Shown: positions 50,390 through 63,717 of the stretch, piece by piece
How positions within the stretch are numbered: position 1 is the first letter of the stretch
Layout: the number at the start of each line of letters is the position of its first letter
Source: Cystobasidiomycetes sp. EMM_F5
Lineage: Eukaryota
Reading direction: 5' to 3'
Assembly (NCBI GenBank): GCA_051047955.1
Contig: JBPGPT010000035.1
Span: 1 to 64,000 of the forward strand
Length of the DNA: 64,000 bases
Notes under the pieces: model-generated
The model's database searches: none
The model's input: the letters and a program-made list of their open reading frames with translations, nothing else
Told to the model about the DNA's origin: nothing
Position numbers and translations under genes: made by a program

Positions 50390-51278
50390 GATTGCGAGTG
50401 ATTGGAAGCTTCGCTTGCGCGTGCAAAGTTTCACCAGCGAAAAGCAGAAGCAAGAGCAGGAGTCCCAAGTCAGAATTGCGCACTTTGGATTCTCTCGCCT
50501 TGGCCCGCCCGCCCCTCCGGCTACGACCACTTATCGGTGGCGGAAAGATTTGCACCCGAACTGACACCCCGGACGGGACCCCCGGCCTTTCTATTACGCG
50601 GTGAAGTGAAGCGAAGGCCCAGACATACGGAACTTCCGCGGACGGCCTTTTCAGCATTCTGGCAATGTCCGCAGCATTTCCTTTCGTTGCTGCAGCTAAT
50701 GTGCGTAAACGCTGTACCGGTGCTCGGCTCTTTCGCCTGTCAATACTGCGTCAACGTCGCTGAACATCTTCAGCTGTATCAGCAAAGCCCCCTCTGGAAG
50801 TGCTGCCCGTTCTATGCCTGTGGGACCAGCGGAGGTAGCAACGGGGATAGCATAAATGGGAAAAGCTTCAGCAGCGCGATTGATGATTGCTGCGGGCTTT
50901 ATCGCATTCCCAGATGTGCGGCATGTCCGTCAGTAGTCCGCACCGCAGCCGTAGCTGCGATGGTTGACATCGAGTACGCGTTCGTGGCGTCTCGCGTTGT
51001 TGATGTCAATAAAAAGCGGGCATTTGATGAGATGCGATGGGCTCAGTATTTGCTACAATATGGAGCTTTCAGAAAGACGCTCAGCTGTAGCCCAGTCAGC
51101 TGCATTAGATGAAGGCAATGCTGTGTATTGGCTTGTATGATTATTCAGGCACCGCGACATCACTTTCTGTCAATAGCCGGTCCTGCCAGCGGATAAGTTA
51201 GCGGAGGCTCACAGGTTGACGCAAGGAGCATACCATCTTCTCACCTGCGAACACCGTTTCCAGATCTGGTACCGTCAC

Positions 51279-52215
51279 ATGTCGAGCCGGTTTGACCAAG
51301 AAGCGGCACAATGGGATGTGGGCCACGATGACATGCGCTCGCTCAGCAGGATATTCACGACTGATACTGATATGATGACCTGACGCACTCTGTACCAGTC
51401 TAATCCAACGACCGTCAAGTCGTCTGACGCATTTTGCAAGTGCTTAGAGGAGCGCATCGAAGGGTTCCGACGGGGGAGACATTCGGGTCAGAATGGTCTA
51501 GAAATTGGTCAATACGTCTAACTGAGGCGCTACATGAACCATATTGACTGAAGTCTGGCTTCCGACAGGTTGCGGGACGGGCTTGTTATCCGTCCAGCTT
51601 GCACCTTTCCTGTCGCAATACTATGCTTTCGACCCAAGCGGGGGCATGCTCCAAGTGCTGCAGAGCAAGTTGGCAAGCTTGCCTCCGTCCTGCAAGCTGC
51701 ATCCTATCAAAGAGCTCTTGACAGATGCCAACACTCCTTCCCTGCATGGCAACAAGGTCCATTTTGTATTTTCCCATTTAACCCTACATCACATCGTATG
51801 CAGCCCCTTGCTATTAGGTGACCCGCTTCGTTACTGAATTGACACCTCTGAGGCAGCCCGAGGATTCTTTACAGCCAACCTACCAAGTCCTGTACGATGT
51901 ACTGGAAGAGGGTGGTCAAATCTTTCTATCAGACTTCGAATACAGCAACGAGAGCGAGCTCTTCCATCCGAAAGCCAATCATCACGATGTCGAACGGCAT
52001 GGCATCAAACGAAGCGACGTTCGCAAAGGCTTGGAGGGAGCTGGCTTTGTCGATGTTACAGTAGAGCACAGCTTCGACCTGCCCAAGGGATGTGAAGATG
52101 GGACTACTCGCACCTTTCCCTTCATCATCGTGAGTAGTAATCAAGTCGGAAGAAGCATTGCAGCTGAGACCAGATTCAGGCAAGCGGACGCAAATCAAAG
52201 CGAAGCGGCCTGTAG
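51279..52215 (+). CDS. Class I SAM-dependent methyltransferase
   Basis: MSSRFDQEAAQWD, GLEIG|CGTGLL motif I, FDPSGGML, SHLTLHHI, GGQIFLSDFE, VERHGI. Confidence 0.88.
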
Positions 52216-52800
52216 CTTTGCCGCATATGTGGATGGAATACCTCTACAGAGCGTTGAGCCTACGCAAGACGTTACGTTAGCCAACGGTCGGGATAGATCA
52301 ATGTATGACCGCCTCGTCAGTTACATAATCCTAATTTGCAACGGTCGTCCAGGTGAGACGAGCCCTTGCGACGAGGAAGTTGAAGCGATGCTTCGTCAAA
52401 CGGCAGAGTAGTCTCGATAGTTTCTAGAGGCTTTCGTAACCTAACCTATGTTGAGCTTTGCGTCCTTCTGATGCCATAGTCCAATGTTCATGTTTCATAT
52501 TGACGCCCCTGCACTGATTCTCGACGGTCGTTAGGCAAAGCTAAGCATTCCCCGGGCTGGCAAGCTTTGCAAATTGTGGAATCCGACTCTGTGTTGACCA
52601 TCTTCATTGATGCCTCTGCTCGGATATCATCGTCCACGGTCATTCTGCTGCCTATCTGCAACCAGACCTGACAACTAGCAGCGAGGCTACGGCGCAGGCA
52701 ATTCGCAAACTGAAACGCCTCGACAGCGCTGGCGGGACTGCAAGACGAGCACCACGTTCAGTCTCATTGTAATTGTCGACTGGCTGGCTGGACACAGACC

Positions 52801-54683
52801 ATGACGCCTCTTCTTGCGGCTGGATTGCTGCCAATCGGCGATAAGTTGGAGTTGCAATTGGCAAATCCCGATGAGCGATGTCTCCCTCCTTCACCAAACG
52901 ATGGCAACAATCTATGGTCGCACTTTCCATCACCATCTCCTCGCAGTGGACGGTCACCAACTGCAGTGCATCCAGACTTTGATCCAAGGAAACCTCCGGA
53001 GCTCCCATTGCCGCCTCTACCGAGCCCTGAGCAGAGCAGACAAGGACAGCGTAGACTGTTTGATGGAGGAGAATCTGTGAGGTTACGAGGAAACGGAGCA
53101 GCAATACCTGAACCGCAAGACTTCGGTATCGGTCTTGGCATCTCGAATCTCTCTGGCATCTCGACTCTCCCTGGTCGCTCTGTGCTCTCTGACGCTGCAA
53201 CCATCTCGACATGGCGGCCGACAAGACCAACATGCAGCCCATCAGTCGGGAGCTCCAATAGCGCATCTCCAGCTACAAACGTTTCTACGTTCAAACATGC
53301 AGAGAATGACTATCCCGCACTTACAGAATCCAACCTCCGCATACGACAATCGTCCTACGAGCGCGGAATACGATTATACTCTCCGACCATCCGTAACGAC
53401 TCGACGTCATCCCTTGCGGCCTTTCAAGAGATTGTCGCTTGTGCAAACGAGGCTGGCGCTGAGGAAAGTGAGGACGATGACAGTCTGCGGAGTCTGCGGG
53501 GAGAGTCATTGGGCATTCTCCGCAGACCTTTGTCATCACTCTCACAAGGATTGACAGTACCGTCGGCAAGGTCATCAATGTCTTTACTGACTGCGGAGCT
53601 TTGGCGACCCGGGTCATTCCAATCGCATGACGCCGAAACGTGCTCCTCCTATCGATTTTCATCACCGTCCCGCTATAGCTATGCAGACTTCGACGATGAT
53701 GAGACTCCTTCGTCGTCCGATGAGGAGTAAGTGATATGGAATTTCGCAGCGTGCCGGTACACTTTGAGCTAATCTGTAAATGTAATTACAGAGCCTTCGA
53801 TCTGTCCATGGACGTGCAGACTGCATGCAATTCGCCAATAATCGAAAGCTCCTCTGTAATGAGCTCGCAAGAAGCCCAGTCCGACGCGATCCGAAATCAT
53901 GCGGCCGACGACAATGGTGCTCAGACCCTATTGTACGAGCCTGCCCAAAGTGAGATCGACTCACCTCACTCGTGCTCATCGTACGGAATGTTCAGCGCGC
54001 GTACAGAAAGCTCGTCTACTTCGACTTCAGCTACCAGTCCCTGTCCGTCCTTGCACGATCCATCAGCGGAAGAGTGCGACTTGACAGCACTCACGTCATC
54101 TGTTGCAGCCCTTTCGCTTGCGGGGGTTGCACAGTCGCCAACACTAGACATGGACAAATCGCTACCAGACACTCCGATATCCGTTGATCTATCAATGCGC
54201 AGAACTAAGAAGGCACTCAAGCCGCTCTTTCTGCAATCAAGGTTGCCCGCTGCCATGCGTTCAAGTCAGGGCTTGATGAAGCCAAAAGGGACGCTGCCTG
54301 CGCTGCGACTCGGAAATACCCCACAACCGGATGATTCGAAGCATGTTCGTCACGAGAGCGAAGATCTAGATTCACCTACCCCCACCGCAGCGACCTTTTA
54401 CATTCCTCCGCTAGAAAAGCAAGCAGAACTGACAGAAGGGATCTCCACAGACAAGGTCAAATCTGCGACGCGCAAGTTTGGGTCTTTACTTTTTCGCAAC
54501 AAGTTGAGATCGGTGACATCCTCTCCGACGTTGCGTTCGGCCGAGCAGTTGGCAGAGAAACAGTCCCTGCGCCCTATCGAGCAGTACTTTTCACTGCGCG
54601 CAGTGGATGCCGGCAGGAGGAGGTCTGCTCTTCCTGTTCCTAGGAGTCTTGGTTCGCGGGTCAAGGTCAGTGCGCCTCCGTGA
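52801..54683 (+). CDS. Hypothetical Ser/Pro-rich disordered protein
   Basis: Two long same-strand ORFs joined by a GTAAGT...CAG intron near 53727-53791. Confidence 0.65.
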
Positions 54684-55782
54684 AGCACGAGTACAGGAGT
54701 AATGGACAGTATAAGCTGTTATATAGACGATTTGTAGATGTAGCGAAGCAGAATATAACTTATTAGCCCGACATTGTCGATAATGTCTTTGAACGAGGAT
54801 CGCCGCTGCACATACATCGGACAATGGACAAGACCGTTACAAGCCGTCCTTTCCTTTGCATCAACATCATGACTTTCCAATCTGTCCGTTCATGCATAGC
54901 GCAGCTCCGTCAAGCTGGACATCTTGTCCTCGATGACGGCCATGGGCTCCCCCATTTGGAGCCTGCATGTACCTGAAATGAACGGCAGGAATGTCAATAA
55001 AATGGAGAAGTGCGAGCAAAGAGCGATGCAACAACAACAATGCCGGAATGGCATGGCATGGGAGATCAAGGGACAGCCGGCGGAGTTGGAGTTCGAAAAG
55101 CCCTGTCAGAGCACAATTTCTACGATTCCGTGCCGCATCCACAGCCAGGGTCAGCACAACAATCCGGAGACTCTGCAGAGACAGCCTGAAATAATTAATA
55201 ATGCAGCCTTGAAACTTATCGCACGCATACAAGTCAGCGTTTATTTTCGGATGGATCTGACAAGCCACCTCCCTAATCGTCGGTCAACCTAAAGAGGCTG
55301 GTCTGCACTGAAAAAGCCGGCCGGCAAGCTTCAGATATTCTGGCTCTTGTTTGCGTCTGCTGTGTGCACTCTTCTTTCACTTCGACTCTTTGGTATCTTT
55401 CTCATTCACCACCTGGCACATTTGGACCAACAACCAAGACCCGGCATTCGCCCAACAGCAGCTCCATCACGCCCGACTAGCACAGGATCGCCCAACTCGG
55501 TCAAGGCTGTCATACGCCAGCATACTTCACACGGATTATCTCTCAGCACAGCTTCTACAGCCCTAGCTCGTTCACTGGCCACAGCCCCCGCGCTGTCTGT
55601 CGGGTATATTTAGCGCCTTTGCCCTGGGCCTTCAGAAATTGTCTCGCCCCACTGCTGCCCGACTCAACGGCGAGCAAAGCCCATAATCCACACCTTCATT
55701 TCGGACACTCTCACCCTGTTTTCTTCTTCCTCTTGCTGGCCCTTCTGGATTATTGTTATTTTCGCTCCTTTATCAGCCCGCC

Positions 55783-57017
55783 ATGAAGTTTAGCAACCGG
55801 AAGCACTCACCGGCGTCCCTTCCCGTTGCACTGGGACTGGCAGTCTCTGCTGTAGCGCCAGCCCTAGCGAGTCCATTATATTATGACGCTGCCTCGGCCT
55901 TTGTCTCGCAAATACAAGCTGCCGCCGCTGCTGCTGCCACTCCGACCGGCTCCTCATCACTCAGCGGGGGTCAAACAACAGGCGGAGCGTACTCTGCAGC
56001 TGTGTCACCTGCACAGATACAGAATGGAAACACCTCTAATGTAAGTCTGCCAGTCGGCTTGCATATCCGCTTACGCTCACAGAAGCTGATTTGTTTGCTC
56101 TTTTAATGTCACGTTCTTTCACCCCTCGATCAGTACCTTTACTATGTGAGTAGACTCTGCCGGTCATCCTTTGGAACCATACTGAAACCCGACTTCTCTT
56201 GTAGAACTGTGTCAATAAGGGACAATTCGCCTTGACATTCGACGATGGCCCTCAAGCGAATCACGCAAAGATTCGGGCGCTACTCGATAAGTACAATGCG
56301 AAGGGTACCTTTTTCGTCAATGGCTTCAATTGGTGCGTAAGATCCCATGAAGTGTCGAATATTGTCAATTCATTCGTGCTGTGCTTGACAGGGACTGTAT
56401 ATACAACCAAGACATTTCCGAATCATTGCAACAGTCTTACAGCGAGGGACACCAAGTTGCGAGCCACACATGGGGACATGACGATATTACAAAACTAACG
56501 ACAGCGCAACTCAATAATCAAATGCAATTGATCGAAGATGCCCTCATGAAAATCTTAGGGATGAAACCAGCCATGTTCCGACCGCCTTATGGCAATTTTA
56601 ACAATCAAGCGCTGGCTACCATTGCACAGCGCAATTATTCTGCAGTCATCATCTGGGATGGCATCTCCGGAGCCTCAACAGGTACCAGCGTTCAACAGTC
56701 TCTGTCGTGGTATCAAGGTAACGCTGCGTCGTATCCGAACCCGCATATCATCCTCAACCATGAGCAAGACAATGACGCCTTGGCGCAAATATACGAGCCA
56801 GTCTTGCAGATGCTTACGAAGGCTGGCTACAAGCTGGTGACCGTTGCGCAATGTCTGAACATGGCGCCGTATCAATCGACGAGCAAGCTCGGGACGCGTG
56901 ATGTGAGCCGCCGCCGTTATGTCGACCGGCCCGAGTGAGTTTTTGGCTGATATTTGTTTTTGTTTAAAGTCTTCATGGACGTGTGACGGAAAGCCTGCAC
57001 CAGGAGCACCGCAATGA
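55783..57017 (+). CDS. Secreted CE4 polysaccharide/chitin deacetylase, copy 1
   Basis: Signal peptide, TFDDGP, HTWGH, FRPPYG, IILNHE; 12-nt microexon 56134-56145. Confidence 0.92.
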
Positions 57018-57390
57018 TTTGATGGGAAGGGCGTCTCGTTATCGAATCCGGTTCTGCTGCTGCGTCGGACCAGTGAGAGGGTCGAGGCACTCATTAGCGA
57101 TTCTAGGCAGCACCACTTTAGATTGTCAGCCGTTCAATACACTATATTATTCAAGCGCTGATATAATCGTTGTAAAGAAGGCTGTAGTTTAGTCAGCTTC
57201 AATGGACACTATGGACACTCAGTATCTAGGAAAGGCTTACTTTAGACGATTGGAGACCAGGGTGACAGAGTGTGTCTCCAGCAAGGATTTTTCGTTCTTC
57301 TCGCAGTGTGACTCCAGACCCGACGAGAGTCTTGAAGGTATCTTCTGAACTGATCTTGGGTCTCTCGAATACTTCAGCCTGAAAAATACC

Positions 57391-57807
57391 TCAGCTTAGG
57401 CTGGAAGTGGACGAGCCTTGTTCACAACCGCTAGGAACGGATGCAAGGTGAAACGCAAGGACAAGAAGCAAGAAGCTGTTGCGAAATTTCTTTGCTTTCA
57501 GGGATTTCAGTTTGATCCGCTGCCAACAATCAACATCTGCGTCTGTCAGACAGCAGCCCTTGGCGTCCTTGTGCGTGTCAAGCTGGCCGACCTTCCGTCG
57601 CAACCGCGCATTCCTGCTGATCTCTGTTGTGATGATGTTGACGGTCCAGTTGTTTCAAAAGTCTTTCTCGATCGCTTTGTCATCATTCGCAAAAACCTTG
57701 GCACTTTCGAAACACGGAAAGCGTGGGGTAGTGAGCGTGATCGACTGTGCGGCGGGTCAAAGGCTGAGTGCAGCGAGCAGGGACAGGCAGGCAGGCAAGC
57801 AGCGCAT
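57391..57807 (-). pseudogene. Possible pseudogene of a small secreted Cys-containing protein
   Basis: MRCLPACLSLLAALSL*PAAQSITL... frame continues about 138 codons with two internal TGA. Confidence 0.35.
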
Positions 57808-58106
57808 TATTATCGGGGGCTGATGGCAGCAAGTTGCTCTTGTACGGACACCGAGGTTGACGATATACAACTCAAAACATCAACAAGCTAGCCAAAGGAG
57901 TGAGGGAAAAGCTTCATAGGTGAGCCGTTATTTCTCTGTAGGACAAGTCCGGCGTCTGTCAGACCAGCGATACGGATGACCAACAAATGTACTGACTGGG
58001 TTTCCTCTTGACCCGTTTCTTCCTCTTTCACAGCTATACGTTCACTGCTTCTTGTGCCATTACTTCGGTCGAAGTTCCGGCACTGCCTCGCTCCCTCTGC
58101 GCCGCT

Positions 58107-59353
58107 ATGAAGGTCAACTCGTTATCTTTCCAGGCCGCTGTGCTCGTCGGACTGTCTGCCAGCGCTGCAATTGCTTCGCCCCTATACTATGAAGCAGCTT
58201 CGGCCTTCGTATCAAAGATTGCAGCCGCACAAGCTGCCGTCGCTTCCGCTTCAACAGCGCCGTTACGAGTCGACATCGCAAAGATCCGAGCGGGAGACAA
58301 TTCAAATGTGAGTAGCCAACCATTCTTTCGTCCACTCTTGCAATGTTGTCGGCCATCGCCACCTCGCACAACGGACGCCTGTCATGATTTGCGTCAGGTC
58401 CCAACCGTTGAGTGGCCATGAGACCTGTCAACACTTGTTTGGGAAGAGCAGGCAGAGCTTTTGCTGACATTTGGCCTTGATTTCGCTCTCAGTTCCTTTA
58501 CTATGTGAGCTCGCTCGCACTTGAACAACTTATACACCGCGGCTCATGCGCCTCCACAGAATTGTCAAAACAAGGGCCAATTCGCAATCACTTTTGACGA
58601 TGGTCCGCAGTATAATCACGACGCTATCCGCAAGCTCCTAGACAAGTACAATGCAAAGGGGACTTTCTTTGTAAACGGCAATAATTGGTAAGTCTTGTTA
58701 TGCGTTAAAATCCGCCCTCGTCGTAGCTGATAAGTACGCAGGGCATGCATCTACGCGGATGGCATTTCAGAGGCTCTGCAAGGCTCATATCGAGCTGGAC
58801 ATCAGATTGCCAGTCACACGTGGAGTCATCCGGACATTGCAAAGCTCACTGCGGCGCAACTCAACACTCAATTAAATTGGCTAGAAGGAGCTCTCGGCAA
58901 GATTCTCGGTGTCAAGCCTGCAATGTTCCGACCGCCATTCGGTTCCTACAACAACGAAGCCTTGGCGACGATCGCTCAACGCAATTATTCTGCCGTCGTG
59001 ATGTGGAACGGCATCTCTGGCGCGTCTACTAGCACAAGCGTCTCGCAATCTCTGTCATGGTACAGCGGAAACGCCAAGTCGTACCCTGACCCGCATATTG
59101 TGCTTAATCATGAGCAGGATGGGGATGCCTTGACACAAATTTACGAGCCTGTCTTCAAGGAGTTAACGCAGGCTGGCTACAAGCTGGTCACAGTCGCGGA
59201 ATGCCTCAATCTGCCAGCTTACCAGTCCGTAGGCACACTCGGAACCCGAGACGTGAGCGTTTCTCGCTGTCTTACCATGCGAAAGCTTGCTGATCATTCG
59301 GATAGTCGTCCTGGACATGCAACGGCACGCCGGGCCCAGGTCAATATTCATGA
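58107..59353 (+). CDS. Secreted CE4 polysaccharide/chitin deacetylase, copy 2
   Basis: Signal peptide, TFDDGP, HTWSH, FRPPFG, IVLNHE; same intron positions and a 12-nt microexon 58493-58504. Confidence 0.92.
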
Positions 59354-60133
59354 GGCCTTCATTCACATCATACACCATACTACACGGACAATAACAATTC
59401 AGTTAACAACTTGCTAATTTAAGGGGGAAGGGCGATAGACACGACACGACACGGACACTTGTGGGACTCACGGACACTTTCGCTCAGTAGAAAGAGGCAG
59501 CTGCATCAGCTTTTAGTCGACAGCGTCATTCGTACTTCAGTTGTGGTTGTTATTTGTAGCAAAAGCATATTGCTGTTCATTTCAGTACGAAATCAACATC
59601 CTGCTTACGGCCGCGATCATACCTGAACAAGCTGAAAATACGACACGAAGTCGATGCACATTATTCTGTGCACGCATGTTGAGCATATCCCACGGTCGCG
59701 CAGGTTATCTCCTGGCTCGCAAGGTACCGAGCGTGGCTCGGAGAAATGTCGGAACGATGCCGATCGTCTTCAAGACCGTTAGCTGTGCTTTGACGCATGC
59801 GTTCCCCTCTCGCAAGCCGCGCGGTACCCTTCCAGCCTTGTGTGCAGCAGCGCATGGCCTTGTTTCCGTATCGTAATCCTAGCGTTAAAAAGCGGCCATT
59901 GCCCGGACGTTTCGAAATCCTTCTCTGATACCCGCACCAGTGCACTACCATAGATTATGTGCAGATTAATCTTACGAATGAGTGGCGATGCCCAACTTGA
60001 ATGAGGCCCTGAATTCATCATGGAAGCGTAACCCAAGCTAGGGTAAGCTCAGTCGAATCATACTGAGTACGCCTAATGTTTGCGATGCAAGGACTGAGGA
60101 AATTTAATTTTCAGGAACGCCCTTCAGCCAAGG

Positions 60134-61474
60134 ATGACCTCGAGCAGCAGAAGTGCAGCCATTGTCTCAAGCTCCGTGCAAACTTGGAGTATTATCACCG
60201 CCAGATCATCCTCATCCACGTCCTTTAAGGCTCAGGACCGCAGCAGCGGCGTATCCTCCTCTAGCATTGTCCTCAATGGCTCGTGGTCAGCGCCTTTTTC
60301 GTCACAGGCTTCCCTTCAGCCAATTTCGATTACAGAAACATTGTCGCCAAGCTCGCTGACGGCGACCACTTACTGGTCTCCGTCGGCCAGTAGTAAGTGG
60401 CTTGCTACAGGCAGCTCAGCACCCAGGAAATGGCAATCACGGTCGACGAATGTGCTCAGTAGTTCTCCAACGCCAATTTCGCCAACTCCGGTTCCTGGAA
60501 ATATCGATCCGCAGTACCCTGCGCTTCAGAGTCAGCCAGATGGCCTTCTCAGCAATACACCCGACTCGAATCTGGCACAGGCGGAGCCGGACTCCACAGC
60601 GGAGACTGGCATGCCACGTTCGAAGCTGACAGTGATTGTGGTCACGTCAGTCATAGCAGGACTCGTCATTATAGGATGTTTCGCTGCGGCCATACGTCTG
60701 CTGCGTCCGGTCAGCTCCAAAAGTCGGCAAGCTCGCCGTACCCGTACAGCGGGCAGTACCATAAGCAGCGAGAAAAAGACAACAGAAGATCAGCCCAACG
60801 ATTGCAAACCTCCGCTCGGGACATCAAACGCGACTCCATTCAACGTGGTCATTGATACAACTCCCGAGTGCCAAGTCCCCATCAATCCGCTGGCAATGCG
60901 ATCCATAGACAATTTCCGACCAAGCCTTCGGGTTGTCGGTGACACAGCATCAGCTGTACCGGCCGATGCCCATATAACTGCGACTCCGGTACCTGTAGTA
61001 AATTGGGAGGAAATTGTTGGGCAGCAGCCAGCACCGTCAGATTACCAAATGGGCTGGCAAGCACGAGAAATCATGCCCCCGCCTTCTATGCGCAGTAAAC
61101 GCAACTCGCAAGCTACGCCGCACTCCTCTGCTGCTTGTGCGAGTCAAGCAACGCTGCATACTATAGACTCGCAAACACAGATGCCTTATCCGTTCGAGCG
61201 CCCTGGATCAGCGACGTTCTCGTTCAGCGCGGCGATAGCGCAGCCGTCTGCAAGTGCTGGCCCGAGTAGGCGAAAATCCAATAATCGCCTGTCTGGTCCG
61301 GCAAGTGCGAATGCGCAGGAGAATGTAGCTGCTGTATGCGGTAACACACCTCTCGTGAGCAGTGTGTCGACCAGTGCTGCAGCCAGCCGGTGTCCGAGCC
61401 GTAATAGCACGGGTACGGATGCTGGAATATCGAATGGGTCAGGTAGGCGCAGTGTTATGGGAAGGGCACTATAA
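60134..61474 (+). CDS. Single-pass Ser/Thr-rich membrane protein (5' exons uncertain)
   Basis: S/T-rich region, TM LTVIVVTSVIAGLVIIGCFAAAI followed by a basic stretch and a disordered tail. Confidence 0.65.
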   Translation: MTSSSRSAAIVSSSVQTWSIITARSSSSTSFKAQDRSSGVSSSSIVLNGSWSAPFSSQASLQPISITETLSPSSLTATTYWSPSASSKWLATGSSAPRKWQSRSTNVLSSSPTPISPTPVPGNIDPQYPALQSQPDGLLSNTPDSNLAQAEPDSTAETGMPRSKLTVIVVTSVIAGLVIIGCFAAAIRLLRPVSSKSRQARRTRTAGSTISSEKKTTEDQPNDCKPPLGTSNATPFNVVIDTTPECQVPINPLAMRSIDNFRPSLRVVGDTASAVPADAHITATPVPVVNWEEIVGQQPAPSDYQMGWQAREIMPPPSMRSKRNSQATPHSSAACASQATLHTIDSQTQMPYPFERPGSATFSFSAAIAQPSASAGPSRRKSNNRLSGPASANAQENVAAVCGNTPLVSSVSTSAAASRCPSRNSTGTDAGISNGSGRRSVMGRAL

Positions 61475-61630
61475 CGCAGGCACGCACGCGAGGAGTCAGT
61501 AGTAGCATTAGAATTTCAAAGTATATAGAGGATTGATTATACTGTCGTCTAGTCAGAAGCGTATATCTTAGATACATAGTTGCGAGGCAGAAGATTGTGG
61601 GAAACGGAGGGATGCGTCAAGAGCTTTTGC

Positions 61631-63717
61631 TCAGAGTTTACTTTGCCTTGATGTATGACCGACGTCCGATACAGTGGCTTCCTCAACGAACGCGACCGTT
61701 TGAGAGTACTCGATGATTTCGCAATCGAGCTTGGCGTTACCAGTCTCATTGGTAATACAAGCGAAGTCTAGAGTCTTGTCCAGCGCAATAGCCGGATGAT
61801 GCCATATGTTTGGCCTGTAGGAAAAGCCTTGCGTGGAAGTGGCTACGAATGCTCTCAGAGTTGACCAGTCTGGCTTGCCGTCGGTCTTGCTAGGCAACGC
61901 AACAATGATAAGATACCTGCTAGGCCCGTCTGGTCCCGCTAAAGGCAAGAAAGCCTGAGTCGTGTATTCATGTCGTTCCAGGACATTAAGTGCGAATTTA
62001 GCTTTGGTCGATCCGCCAAGTTGCTGTGATGGGGTACATCGATAAACAGAAAAGTTGGCAGACTGTTGTACATTGCTGTTATTCGGTGGCGTGAGGGCGG
62101 AGATGGGAGACAGACGATTGTACTTGGTTGCGGATCCTTGATTTACAGATTGAATTTTGACTCCTTTGGGAACATGGTGCGGGTTCGGATAGCTTTGTAC
62201 TACGTAGCCGTATTGCGCAAACGCCTCTGCTGTCAATGGGAGTGCTGGAATGGTTGGTGCTGATGTAGATTGACTGCCGACTGTGCTGTTGGCGCCGCTA
62301 GCGGTAATTGCACCCAGGACTTGAAGATTGTCGGGCGTTAGCTGTGGTCTAGGAATGCGTGACGAAGGCTTGACACCGGTGACTGCACGCCTGCCGATCA
62401 ATCGCAGTCGCTTGACACCGCCATCAGGATACATCGTCATGCGAACATGGGTGACCGGAAACGATACATCCTCTAATTGGAGGCAATGCTGACGGTGCGG
62501 TCCTGTCTTTGTTCGCGATAGCAGGAGTGTCCATTTAGCGTGTTGCGGGGGAATTTCCTGTAAGCAGAGAACAGAAGTCAGCATTGCCATACTGTGTCTC
62601 GACATAGTCTACTCTTACTCCGTCATAATTTGTCGCATACAGGTCGACGCTTTCTGGAAAGTTACCCAAGAAATGCGCGGTATCAATCTCCGTCCAATCG
62701 AGATACGCTGGAGCACCACTGAGGAGATAACGTTAGCACCTGTGTGATCTACAGGTCCACGTCGCCGCCTTACAGTTTTACAATGACCCAGTCTTTGTGG
62801 CCCTTTACGCGACTTCTCTTAGTTTCCCAGCCATCGCCCATATCGAAACCTCGTCCGCTGAGGAGCAGATTAGCACCCACGCCGTAATGCTGGTCGGATA
62901 CGAAAACAACACGTCCACCGTTGAAGCTGTGTGCAAGATCTAGCGGAGTATTTGGGTCTTTTGGGAAGATGGGGATGACACTGCCGTACACTCTGAAGCG
63001 CGCAATGCCGCCGTCTGGGTGCATCATGAGCTTTACATGCGTGAATGGCGTCTTTTGGTGCCGAGGAGCCAGGGTGAAGAGGTGTCGTGAAGAAGGTCCG
63101 AGCGGTGAGATGGGGAGGATTTCTTGCCACTGCATACGGCAGCAGTGAGATGAGCACTATATTTCGATATAAGGGTTGAATGTAGTATGCTTACGCTTGG
63201 CGAGTCTGCTGTTGGGGTTTCCTCTGGTAGAAAGCATGCTGCCACACTGGCTGCCGGACCTTCGTTGCCGGAGAAGTGAGCTGTGTCGATATCTACTCCG
63301 TAAATGGTTCCAGATGGAGGTCCGAGTTTGATAATCACCCTGTGATCTGCCGTGTCAGCATTACTAGTCATTGATGAATACCAGGTTCAAGCGGAGTCCA
63401 CGGCTGATACACCAACTCTTGGCATCAGATGACGCACCAGTCATGATTTGGGTTGTGCCTTCTCGTCTCCCAACCATCAAATAGAGCACCGTTTGGCCCA
63501 AAGGTCCCTTTGCGCGACACTGCTGGCGCTGGTCGGAGGAGGTCTACCGCCGGACTGAAGAACTCGTCGGAGAATGAGACAATCTGTCCGCCCAGCGACG
63601 CGGAGGAGAGTTCTATCAAAGAAGTCATTACTCGTTCTGTCTGCAATATTCACGCTACTCACCGACGAGGCTCCCAAAGTGCGATTGAAATCCCGACAAC
63701 GGGACAGACTTTGCCAT
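61631..63717 (-). CDS. DAL2: Allantoicase fused to ureidoglycolate lyase domain
   Basis: Two allantoicase repeats (DGWETRRHN, IDTAHFSGNE, HPDGGIARFRVYG, DMGDGWETKRSR, YPDGGVKRLR), then LTAEAFAQYG, NQGSA, LERHEYTTQAF, QGFSYRPNIWHHP. Confidence 0.93.

Noticed and set aside
50402..51112. 236-aa Cys-rich ORF and many other antisense or overlapping ORFs in the track
   Set aside because: They lie in promoters or opposite real genes, often start at non-ATG codons and show no motifs.
48373..63717. Dal5-like permease plus allantoicase as an allantoin gene cluster
   Set aside because: They are separated by about 11 kb of unrelated genes, and the permease substrate cannot be assigned.
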